Shown here: one piece after another, positions 14,306 through 25,791 of the stretch | Layout of the letters: each line of letters begins with the position of its first letter | Position numbering within the stretch: the stretch's first letter is position 1 | Translations under genes and position numbers: made by a program | Origin: Harriotta raleighana | Taxonomy: Eukaryota | Assembly (NCBI GenBank): GCA_050575255.1 | Contig: JBNZDD010013635.1 | Location: 1,856,166 to 1,920,165, forward strand | DNA length: 64,000 bases | Direction of reading: 5' to 3' | The notes under the pieces: model-generated | The model's database searches: none | The model's input: only the letters and a program-made list of their open reading frames with translations | Told to the model about the DNA's origin: nothing

Positions 14306-15186
14306 GCCATCATCAGTCTCTACTGATTGTGTGTTGGTGTTGGGTGAGAAGTTCAGACTTGGCTGTGAGGCCTTCTGGAGGTGAGTAGTGTCCCTCTGCT
14401 CACTGTCAAGTCAACAGTGGTTATTTGTGTGGGTTATTGGAGGGCAACCAGAGCTGGAGGAATCTAACCCGAGCATGAGGAGTTTAGGGACCACAAACAG
14501 AGGCCATGGGGAGAACATTAGAAAATTAAGGTTCAAAAAAGAAAAGTTCTGGAACCAAGAAATTCTAAACATGATAGAATACAATGTCACTAGTGGGATG
14601 GATCATTGACTGTACTTTTAAGCAAACATGATAACCAATCTACACACACCAATGTCTTATTGCCAACCATGAGAATGATCAATTTATCTGCAGGCGACCA
14701 GTGAATCTCCTTTCACCTTTTGAACAATGCCACGGGATGTCTAACGTCCACCTGAAAGAGCAAATAGAAGCTGTTTAATGTCTCATCTCAAAGCAAGCGT
14801 CTCCAACAAATCATTAATAGTTTCTGTACAGAGTGAATTCATTCAGCCGATTCTGCTAGTTCTACCTCTTTCGTATATTCTTGTCCTAGGCTTGTGAAAT
14901 CCAAGTGTGCCAGTTTGTGAAAAGAGAAAACATTTACTTCCAACAATTCTACTTTGGCAAAAATGTCCTTTTAAAGCATTAATCTGTTTAAGGTAAATAA
15001 GGTGATTCGATTTTACAAGCCCATTCAGAAATATTTACTGCTAGTATGCTCTGGAAATCTGCACTGTACCAATAGTTTCATATAATTTATACAGTAGCAG
15101 CATTTTAGGACAATTAACTAGTGTTGTATTGAAAAGCCTCAAGATATTACAACGTCATTGCATCTGAGCTGTAACTTGCTAATAAC

Positions 15187-15586
15187 ATCAACAATAAAAT
15201 TACACTTGTATAGCGCCTTTCATGTCAGGAGGACATCACAAGACGCGGGACAGTCATTGTTTCAAACCCGAGCTGAGGTCTGTGATGGGGAGAGTGGAAG
15301 GAAAGTGGGGCATTTGAGGTGACCGATGGGACCATCGAAGAGGAGGGTCTTGAGGCAGGTCTTGAAGGAGGCCAGGGAGGGGGCGAGGCGAAGGGACTGC
15401 GGGATAGAGTTCCAGAGGTTGGGAGAAGAGTGTCTGAATTCTCACCCACCAATGGTGGGTAGGGGTACATGGAGTAGGCCAGAGCCTGCTGAGCAGAGGC
15501 GATGGGCAGGTTGGTAGGGGAGAGGGCAGGCAGATTGGTAGATTGCTTGATGGTATATATTTTATATTTTCAAAATAAAATGCCTG
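15187..15586 (-). mobile_element. L2-clade LINE 3' fragment, paralogous to 8291-8700
   Basis: Colinear with the 8291 copy from the tail to the same 5' boundary. Confidence 0.8.
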
Positions 15587-16159
15587 AATGGATGAGGCAT
15601 GAGAGGGTGGACGGAAGGAGATGGTTTGTGGTGGAGAAGAGGAGCCTGGTTGTCCTTGGCCTCCAAGACTAACTTTGAGTAGTTGGAGGACTTGACAGAA
15701 GCAAGGGCAGAACAGTAGGCCTTAGTGTGATCTAGTTAAATCTGTCGATGGACCGTTAGTTTGGATTTGGTCCAAGCACATTCGAAACCACAGCTTATTT
15801 AATATATATGCCGTCAGACAAATTGTAAAAGTATTAGCGCAAGTTAGCAGAAGAAAACTGATCTGTGATGTTTGGTGCTGCCTTTTTTAATCTAATTAAT
15901 TTAATCCTTCAAGATGGAACTACTGTACATGTATTGAGCAGCTTCAGGCAGCATGATCTTCCCACAATAATTAAATTGTCAGTGCACAAGTGTAGACTTG
16001 GTTGGACGTATCTTCTGCTTGTTAGAGTGTGTAGTGTGTCCCATTGATGCATGTGAAGTACAACCCCACCTTCGGCAGTAACCAAGGACTTTGGATTTCA
16101 TTTGATTCATATTCGATTTCAAACTCTGCGCACTCGTGTACAAACCACTTCATGCCCCG

Positions 16160-16455
16160 ACACCTCCTTACCCCTTTGATCTGCTTACACATCACTTCAC
16201 CATCGCCTGGCTCCTCCCTGCTATTTGTCCCATGTACTTTCCGCTCCATGATTAGTGGCCATGCTTTCAGCCCCTGCTTCCCGAAACTATGGAACTCTTT
16301 GCCTCAATCCTTTCACCTGGCCTCCTCCTTCCCAATCTTCAGATTACACCCTCATCTTCGACCATGCCTCATGTTTCACCTCCCACCTCTCCCGAGTTAG
16401 GCACTCCAAGATGCTGTCCCACATAAAGCTCACTATATAAATGACAGTTACTGTT
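16160..16455 (+). mobile_element. Old L2 LINE 3' fragment
   Basis: Translates SSLLFVPCTFRSMISGHAFSPCFPKLWNSLPQS (L2 ORF2 C-terminal 'G.AFS..P.LWNSLP' motif), followed by a ctatataaatg tail. Confidence 0.75.
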
Positions 16456-16959
16456 GTCTTATTGTAATATATGTTTTGGGGATCTGTATCTGACTCTATC
16501 AGGAGCCAAATATTCTCTGCAATAATTGTGCTATATTTCTTTAAAACACAGAGTTGACAACTACAGTCTTAAAGGAATATTATCTATACAGAAGAGTATG
16601 TATAACCTACAATGATTATAGGCTTGAAATCACTCCAGGCTACAAATAAATTTTTAAAAAGATATGTGGGAGTGGTTTCCTATTTGGTATTTGCTGTGAA
16701 TGTGCAAGTTTACATATTTTGCAGAGGCTTTCATTGTAGTTCCTTTCAATGGCTGGTAATACCATTCAACAGAAATAATGGTGATCGTAATTTTACAATG
16801 AATGTCTAGGTGTGATATGAGTCATTAGGACTTGTGGGTGAGAATACTGACTGTCATCTCTGGGGCGTGTGTTTGAATCCAAATGAAATAAAAGCCTGAT
16901 CTAACTATTAACAGTTAGAATCTTATGTCAGATAGGTTTGGCTGGGGGTAAACTCAATG

Positions 16960-17250
16960 GTGGGATTCCTGGTTTGTGCTTGATCAGTTGATCTCTGCCA
17001 GAGCAGCAGTGGGGCATTGGAAATATTCTTAATCTTAGTGTATCTGGTTTTGAAGAAGATTATTAACTAAATTTCTCACTCTTTATCACAATACAGTGAT
17101 CCTTGATGCATATGGATATGTACACATTCTGATTGTGTTTGGTTGTGTTTGCCATGCCTATAGAATAAAGAGCCTGACTGACATTCACTGTCCAGCCTCA
17201 CACATGAAGAAAGGTTCTTGATGCTAGCTAGATATGAACTCTACCCAGTC
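16960..17250 (+). mobile_element. Ancient SINE-like repeat family (unnamed); best-preserved copy
   Basis: Shared motifs (ctggtttgtgct..agttgatctc..cagcagtggggc; agcctgactgacattcactgtccagcctcacacatgaagaa) recur in decayed form at ~5510-5800, 13880-14480, 19320-19470, 20860-21160, 38560-38700 and, inverted, at ~39640-39760 and 42930-43010. Confidence 0.5.
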
Positions 17251-18034
17251 CCTTCAAGAAATAATGTGATACAATCACTATGGTATTATTAACATTGATT
17301 TTTATGAAATAATATCTGTCGGCAGGCATTAATGTCTAAAAATATTCAATTGACAATGTTGCACAAGTCAGAAGAAACAGCAAGATGATACTAATAATTG
17401 CTACAGAGATTGCAGCACAGCATCCAGCAATGCAGAGCTTGACTGTAAGCCTGTTTAACTTCATCAACCAAATATGATTTGTAATGTGCATTACACAAAA
17501 AGACCTATGGGGAAAAAATTACAAATCTCCAAACTGTCAGTGATCACTTTAGATAAGCAACAAATTTTTTTTTTTTAAATGCTTCAAGATGAACTGAATT
17601 AAAAGTTGCATCTAATGTATTCTTCCCTCATCAAATCACATTGGGGGAGAAAAGTGCTTCATTTAACAAACTGTCAACTTGCTTTTTAGTGGTGCTTATT
17701 CCAGGCATTGGGATTAATAGGAGTAGCATTGTGCTGTATCACTATCACTTAAACCAGTAATGGAATTATGCAGCAGCAAATTAAAAGAGTGAAGAGTACT
17801 TCACTTTTAATTATATGTAATTATAAAATGTGAAATTCCTAACAAAGCAGCCTGAAAAAATGCCATAAGTGTGTCTACCTTTTGATCTGAGTTCAATAGA
17901 GAAACAGCTCCAGTGTGATCCACTTCAGAATCGGTGCAGTTTCCAATTTGGTCTGTTTGCACACACTTCACTGCAGCTCAGCCTCGTCCAATATTCAGCC
18001 AGGAATTCTTTTTCATAAACTTAGCTGTAAACTC

Positions 18035-18425
18035 ACAACAGTACAGTCTGTTATCTCAATCCTACCACAGAATAATGGATCCTGGGAGTGATCTACAGGC
18101 TAGAATTTAATCAAGAGGTTATATGTAGAATAATGGATCCCCAGGAGTGACGCACTGGTTGGAATATGTCAATAGGTTTATATATAGTATAATGAATACC
18201 AAGGAATGAGTTACAAGATTGAATCTTATCGAAGGCTTTAGATGGTTTATATATAGAATAATGGATACTCAGGAGTGAACTGCTGGGCTCTTATCGAAAG
18301 GTTCATATACAGAATAATAGAGAGTTAGTTAGAATCTAATCAAAGGTCTTGTATGGTGTATATCTAGAATAATGAATACCCATTAGTGAGTTAAAGGCTA
18401 GAAGCTAATTGAGGGGTTCGGATTG
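18035..18425. repeat. Degenerate minisatellite, ~55-70 bp unit, about 6 copies
   Basis: Recurring tagaataatggat(a/c)cc.aggagtgagttacaggct.gaatctaatcga.gggtt.atata, with units starting near 18068, 18126, 18185, 18254, 18311 and 18365. Confidence 0.85.
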
Positions 18426-19898
18426 CATTTTTTCAAGAAGATGCAAGATGATTACTCTAACTATGCGTACAGTGCATAGTGTTGTTATGGTTTGTGTTAA
18501 TCAGTCTCAGATTGCTCTATTAATGCCTTTAATCTCTATTCTTGTGGATATGACATTGGACTGAAGCATTCATCTTATCACAGGAAGCTTCTCTGAAATG
18601 TGAAACATTTCCTGGCAGGCAACACAGTCTCCTAAAGGAAATAATTGTTTTCGATTCATACTCAACACATTGCCACTGGATGTCACCACCTAAGGAAGGT
18701 TTTCTTTCCTAGGATGAAAGTTTCAGAGTTAATTCCTTCAGCAATAGGTTGATAATAAAAGAAAAGAAAGCACATTCTCACTGTTTTCTCTAATTCCGTT
18801 GTTGTAACTTGGGAGTGGGCTCTGTCAAGAAACTCAAAAGCTTTAGAAAGCATACTCACAATGAATTTGGGGAAGATAGTTTGGGAAGGAAAAAATGTGA
18901 TGCACTTGAGAGCATTCTGCTCTTCTTCCCAAGATGTTTTCCTCCAAGCTCCCCATTCTTTTATTCTGTTACAATCAAGACACATTGCAGTGTTCTACTC
19001 TAACTCCTCTTAAACTAGGGAGGGGGCAGCCAGAACTTCCACATCAGATTATGCTGTGCGCAATTGGGACATCCTCCTGACCTAAAAGGCTTTATACAAG
19101 TGTAATTTTGTTGTTGTTGTGCCATGTTTTGGCACACAAAATGCACATTCAATTCACTTTTTAGTATATTCTGTGAAGCACTTTGAGACATCCCAACAAT
19201 GTGATCAGGCGCTATGTCAAATGCAAGAATTACAACAACAACAACTTCGATAGATGGAGCGCCCTCCACGCCGGTCGGTGTTATTATAGTAACCAAATGG
19301 CCCCTACTGAGCAGCCCATTATAAGGTGAAACCTCTCACAATCAAAGAGCCTGTGAGATACACTGATAGCAGTCACACATTGACCAAGTATTGAGCAGGG
19401 CATTCTGGAGAGTGGCCAGTGCCTGTGAAACTGTGTCCCAGATTGAAGTGGAGCCTGTAGGAAAAGAGGGAAGAAACATGAAGACCAAGCAAAAAAACTA
19501 TCTTCTAACTATGCTTAACATGCGTGGTGTTGCTATGGTTTGTGTTAATCAGCCTCAGATTGCTCTATTATTATAATATTTGATATAATATTTGCAGTTG
19601 ATATTGAGCTTTTCACGTCTTCTAGATGTCTCAAAGCACTTTACGGAATTTACTGTAAAATGAATTGACTGTATATTTGTGGGTGAATGATTTAATGGCA
19701 CACGTTGTACCAACAATTGATAGAAAGGAGTTAATTTTAAGACCAATATTTGATCTCTGCAGTTAGAAGACATTTATAAACTGTGTGAGTTCCATTCCTG
19801 AGGTTTATACTCCCAGCTGAGCTATTAATTAGATCATTACCTTATAATTTCCTTGCTATTTATTATTGTGTTTGCACAGTTCATATACACACACCTAT

Positions 19899-20011
19899 AC
19901 AATAGACTCCTGATAACTCATTACTCTGGGGCGGTGTGGGGTGGGGGAGGCCTCAGTGACGAGTTATCAGTTATCAGGAGTGGTGAGTTAAACATGTATA
20001 TAAATACTGTA
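19899..20011. mobile_element. Decayed Tc1/mariner (pogo/Tigger-like) MITE
   Basis: TA-caatagactcctgataactc left end; perfect 13-bp inverted repeat actcctgataact (19906-19918) / agttatcaggagt (19969-19981); possible right end tactgTA at ~20011. Confidence 0.4.
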
Positions 20012-23000
20012 CCTAAATAAATGTGCCTGTGATATTGACAGTCTTATGACTTCAGTGGTAGTGATAAGTTAAGCCAAGATAAGTCATCAGCAGTTTACCA
20101 CATATATATAATAACCATTGTAAATGTAGAATGAAACACAATAGAATCAACCTTGGTATTAAATCTATGAATTGAAAACCAAACACTGTCAGTTTGTAGA
20201 TGTTTGCCTGCAAACTACACAGTCACTACATTTTACAGTAACATTTGGTGAAGTAATTTCAGTTGTGCTTCCTCCAGGCAGGAAAGGTGCTATAACAAAT
20301 GGAATAAGTTGTATTATTAATAACATTGGCAGTTAAGAAAATCGTTTTTTTAATGATACTGTGTAGAGCGATGCACTACTATATTATACTTTAGTGGTGA
20401 GAAACAGGGCTAAGAGACTGTGATTGTTAAATCCTCAACTCTCTGCAATGGCATGTTAGCATAGTATCTATTATCAATGTTATTACAAGCACAGCAGCAC
20501 TGCTCATCTGGCATTTGATGGTCTGCTAGCAGAAGGTGTGAGGTAATAGACAGTAAGACATTTACACTTGGAAAATGTTTGAACAGAAATCTCTGGAGGT
20601 GAAGAGAAAACAATCATCTTTGAACCCTAATCCATTATTTGTGCATTCTTGATGCTTTCTGCTTGTGAACACCCGCTGAACAGAACTGATGGCTTTCCCT
20701 GCAATTTATTGTCAAAAAGACAAGTCCTTCCACAGTTTTGAGTCATAACACAGGCTGGAACTTTTGAATTCTGCTTGATCCAGCCTTTCCCTCAAGATGG
20801 CCCTGGTAGTAAAAAAAAATGTGGTCAGCGTAAAACTGAATTATATAGACATGGAATGTCCAAGGTTGAGTTTCCAAGTGTTGTTTAATTGTAGCTTGGA
20901 TGATGGTAGAGGAACAACATTTGGCCTCAGTGTCTATACCAAGCAGGGTGGGTGGGGGCGGTGGGGAACAGTCAGGACTTCTGCTTCTTCTTGTTAGCAA
21001 GTGGTGAGCATTTGTGACATTGAATGAGGATGGGATCTGATTCCCATTCTCATTGACTGTGATGATTTCCCCTCTCACTTACACAGCTGAACCACACTGT
21101 AGAGTGTCACTTGGTCCAAGAGAGTAGCCAGTGCCTGTGGAACTATGCTCCCAAAATACACCAGCTCCTGGAGGGGAAACTAAATTGGAGGAAGAAAATG
21201 GGTATTATAAAATTATCATTAACTATACAATCCTTGTATTTAAACTTGTCGTTGATTTTTTTTCTTTGGGGATTATTTTTCCTTGAAGGGTGAGTGCTGA
21301 TGACGCCAATGGAGGAACTGGGTAGAGAGTACTACTTATTCAGTGCAGGAGCTGATGCTGAATCCACCAGGTTTACACGCCTTACCTGATCTTCTGCCAA
21401 ACTGTGGTGTTTAGTGACACTCCTCTCACACATTATCCAGTCCCTGCTTTAGTTTAAATCAAATGGGGGTATTTTGGAGGGGTTTGGGGGTTGGGGGTGG
21501 AAAGACACGATAATGAAATTGTTGATCGCAATCTGATTTTAAAGGAAAAACTGTGATTTGCATTATTGTAGGTTAACAGTCTATCATATGTGTGTTGAAC
21601 CCTGCAACACCTTTTCTCCGGTGGGTGATGTGGAGTGGGTTGAAAGGCTTTTAATAGTGCAACACTCTCACACATGTGGTAAATAATCCAAAATTAAACA
21701 TTCCCTTTTTTTTCCCCCAAAAAAAATATCCTGTTTGATTCCAGGATTATAAGGATGCAGCTTCCCTTTGAGTCACAACAGTGAAATCGTACATCTACCA
21801 AGTGACACAAAAATGTTCTAATCTGCCTTTTCCATTTCCAAATGTAAGAAGGAATCAAACAGAAAAAAAGAAGTCTTGAGTAAACCTTATGAAAGAAGAT
21901 GGAAAGAAGGAGAAAATGAATTGATGGATGGGTGGACAAATGAATATAAATGAACAGACATGATTACAGGAAAATAACATTTTTTTTCTTTTATTCCGTA
22001 GATCACTGGGTTTTGTTATGTGTAATTCTCTCATATCAGGACAGACAGGAAATAAACCTCCATGTAAATCATTTCCCCAACTGGAACTGTATTAAAACCA
22101 TAGAGTTTTTTTTTCTTCTTCAGCAGCAGGCTTCCCATTTTCTTATCAGTTCATTCACCCTTTACATTTTTGAAATGAGAAAGCCTAGCACCCCCAGAAT
22201 TCAGGGCTGATCTGAAGGGGAAAAGCAGTCCCACTCTCTCTTCTTTTTAAATACTAGCCAGATCCAATTACAGATAGAGCCCCAAATGCAAGACTGATGT
22301 TGCCTGATATTAAGGTATTAAAGGCAGAAAGCATGGGTGAAACAATGAGTTATCAAAACCACAAGTTTGTAAAGACATATTTAAGCTCTTTATTCATATA
22401 CGTTAAATAGAACCAACAAAAATACATAATATTAATGTGAAAAAAAAATTCAAAAAACAAATAGTTTTTACCCAGTTCAACGCTTTATATAATAGCCAGG
22501 TCACTCACAGTCTATTACACAGCCCGTCAGTCTCAATGTTATATAGTTTCCAGGGAATGTGGTGCTTCTGGTAATTAGGATGTTAAATACTGCTGTTTAT
22601 ATTTCTAGTGAATGATGTGAAATAAATTCTGTTGTTAAATAAATAGTATTCGTTTTATTTCAGTCTGTTGTGTAGCCAGTTGCAGCAGTGATAGGCATAG
22701 AACAGAACAATTCCCCCAGTGCTTATTTTATTTACACCATCACTTCTACAGTTTTAAAACCATTTGCTTTGTTCAATCAAAATATCTTGATCCTCCAGCC
22801 AAATAAACGCTCCCTTTTTCTTAATCGTTGTGATCGTTTCTGATTCATTTAAATGTGTGTGTANTCACTTCTACAGTTTTAAAACCATTTGCTTTGTTCA
22901 ATCAAAATATCTTGATCCTCCAGCCAAATAAACGCTCGCTTTTTCTTAATCGTTGTGATCGTTTCTGATTCATTTAAATGTGTGTGTAAAAAAAATAAGG

Positions 23001-25757
23001 TTATCGATGCATGCAGATCACGTCAGAATTGGCAACGTTATTCATTTGTTTATTAAAATGATTTTGTGTGTGTGTGTGTGTGTGTCTGTGTGTGTGTGTG
23101 TGCGGCGTTCTGTACAGCTTGGAAAATCTCATTGGGCTCCAGTCCATATCCCTATACCTTCTCTTGACTTTTATCACTAAATTAAGCATATAAATTACAT
23201 TAAAGCACCCGACTGTCGTATTAAATTAAATAAAATAAAGGGCAATTATCCGCTCCTTTTATGTGATGTGAGGCTGCAGCCGCGTTTGAAAGGAGTCAGG
23301 GAGAGATAAGGAAGATTGAATTGAACATATGATCCACCGACTTTTTTGTTCAGCAAAATAAAACCGTCTGGGAAGTAGTTAAAAGAAGATCTATAGTGTC
23401 CCCGAGATTCACTCCGCGCAACTCGCCCACCTCCTGATAAAACGCAGCGTTTTCAATATGCAATAGCTCGTTTTTATTAATGAACATCGTCTGTATTCCA
23501 TAATTTTAAATAAATATAGATTACGTGAAGGATTTCTTTTCAACCCAATGTAGCTCTCACGGCTTTTAAAGCCTTGTTTCAGGTATAACACCTGCCCCTC
23601 TCCCCCTCCCTCTCCCCCTCTCCCCCTCCCTCTCTCTCTCCCCCNNCCCCCCCCCCCCCCCCCCCCGAGTACACTTGCTTGTATAAACGTGAGCACATGG
23701 ACTCACTGTGAGACGGGTCTTGTATGATAACCTTTTGAAAACAACAATTTTTCTAAAACAGGAATCTTTGAAACAAAGTTGTATTTTCATCCCGACAGTG
23801 ACGTGTTTTCAATTTGCGCCAAACCCTAGACTAAAACAATTCTCTAATGCTGCTGTTTTTGCGTATATTTATTATTGTATATAGATATATATATATATTA
23901 AAACAGTGAGAGCGAGATTTCAAACGTATGGGAGTAGAATATTGTCTGTAACGTGTACACATCTTCCAAACTGACTTGTGTACATGAGTATAAAAAACCC
24001 GCATAATTAATTTCGTCCTTATACACATCTCTCCAAGTAACCGGATTCACTCCCTATCACAATAGAGTGGAATCTAAACCTGGATTTGGATCTGGGTGAT
24101 TGGTGTTTATAGTGTATCCGAATAGAAACGTCATCGTTGTATGAATCCACAAATGAAATATGTAGGAGTCTATTGGAATCGTTATTGATATATAAACTAC
24201 AAAAAAGACTATTTTGTGAATTCCCTTCACGTTGCACCTCACCTATGCAAAACGTGCCTTGGCGAGATGGTATGTAATGCAAAAATAATTTCCATTGAAA
24301 TAATATTATGATCTCTGTGTTAGAGTGCACAATTAGAAATGTCGCCTTTAATACCGTTTTTTTTGGCAAAATAAAAACGACAAGAGTCTCTAAAGGGAGA
24401 CGATAAATAGACCAATATGATTCTAATATCATTCTAATATTTCAGAGATGAATTTGCATGCTTTAAGATGGACAAAAAAAAACCTCCACATTCAGCTCAA
24501 TCGAGTATCACCATAAATTACAGCCCCCCAGATAAGGCTGGAGAATGTAATAAAGAGCAGATGCCTGTCTCCTATATTGAATTGCACCTTGGGCGATAGT
24601 GCAGAATACAGGGAAAAAAAACTTCTCTGAACATATGTTCTTGGCAGATAAGTAAACAATCTGGATGTGAAATGAAAAATTTTAATTAGGGCAGTAATAC
24701 CATTACACCTTGGCGTGCTAATCCCAAACCCACCACCGTGACACGGCAGAACCCCATCAGCAAGAAAAAATTCCAACCTCATTCCACGTTTTACCACATC
24801 CCAATTGTTTTCATATTTTACTTTCAATTAATCTGGTCTCTCGCGTCTGTAATTATCAATTCCTCGACTCTCTTATTAAGTGGTGTACCCTTCAGTATAT
24901 ATTTATGTTACCCCCCTCCCCCTCCCACCCCCATCCGCCCCCCCCCCACCCCAGCCCCCTCTCTTTAAATCAACTATTTGATACAGTCGTGGCATTTGTT
25001 TAGAAATGACTGGTCTGCTTGTAATTATACCGAGGTATTTGCATAACTGAGAGAATTGTTTTAATGTGGTGTTGAGTTTGCTTTGAAATTCGAATAGTCA
25101 TCTTTGACCTAAAAGCCTCTTCAAATACATGTATATTCGCGAGAGTAAAAGACTTGATCACCTGTCTAACAGCGAAGGCATTTGAAAACGGATTAAGAAA
25201 CTCGAGAAACCAGATTAATCTTAAAACAGAACCGAACTGTGCATATGTTTGGGGAAGAAAAGGGTGTTTAAAACAAAGGGAAAAGGGGGGGAAACTGCAA
25301 TCGGGACAGGTAAGAGGAGACACCAAATAAAGGACATTGAGAAAGGGCAGTAAAATAATAGAGAATAGAAAAAAATAGAGAACAAATAAAAAAAAGTGTT
25401 AATGAAACTCTCCTGAGTTTGTGTATTATATTTTCAATGGAAATTTTAAGATACATTTGGCTTCCTGGCTAATATTCTCTCATGTGCTTCCTCCCTGTCA
25501 GGTGTTTAAAACACTGCTAAATGCATATTGGATGTCAGTGGCCGAGTGTAAACAAGTGTTAAAGTGAAGTTGGAATGAAAACTTCTGGCAGGTTGGGTTT
25601 AGGTCGCAGTTATTAGTGCAAAGGCGTCAGTGCTATAGTTAGCTGTACAGCGATTGAAGAAACACTACAGTCTGTGACTTGCCTCCCAGTCACGGTATTA
25701 TTACCTTACATCTCCCCCCATCTTAACGACTTGTTTAATCCCCATTACTTTGCTTTG

Positions 25758-25791
<34 letters not shown>

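Noticed and set aside
18035-18425. Regularly spaced repeats resembling a CRISPR array
   Set aside because: Whole units are homologous (no unique spacers), the context is vertebrate, and there are no cas genes.
24050-24070. tetO-like string tccctatcacaatagag
   Set aside because: Spacing and sequence differ from tetO and there is no vector sequence nearby; chance resemblance.
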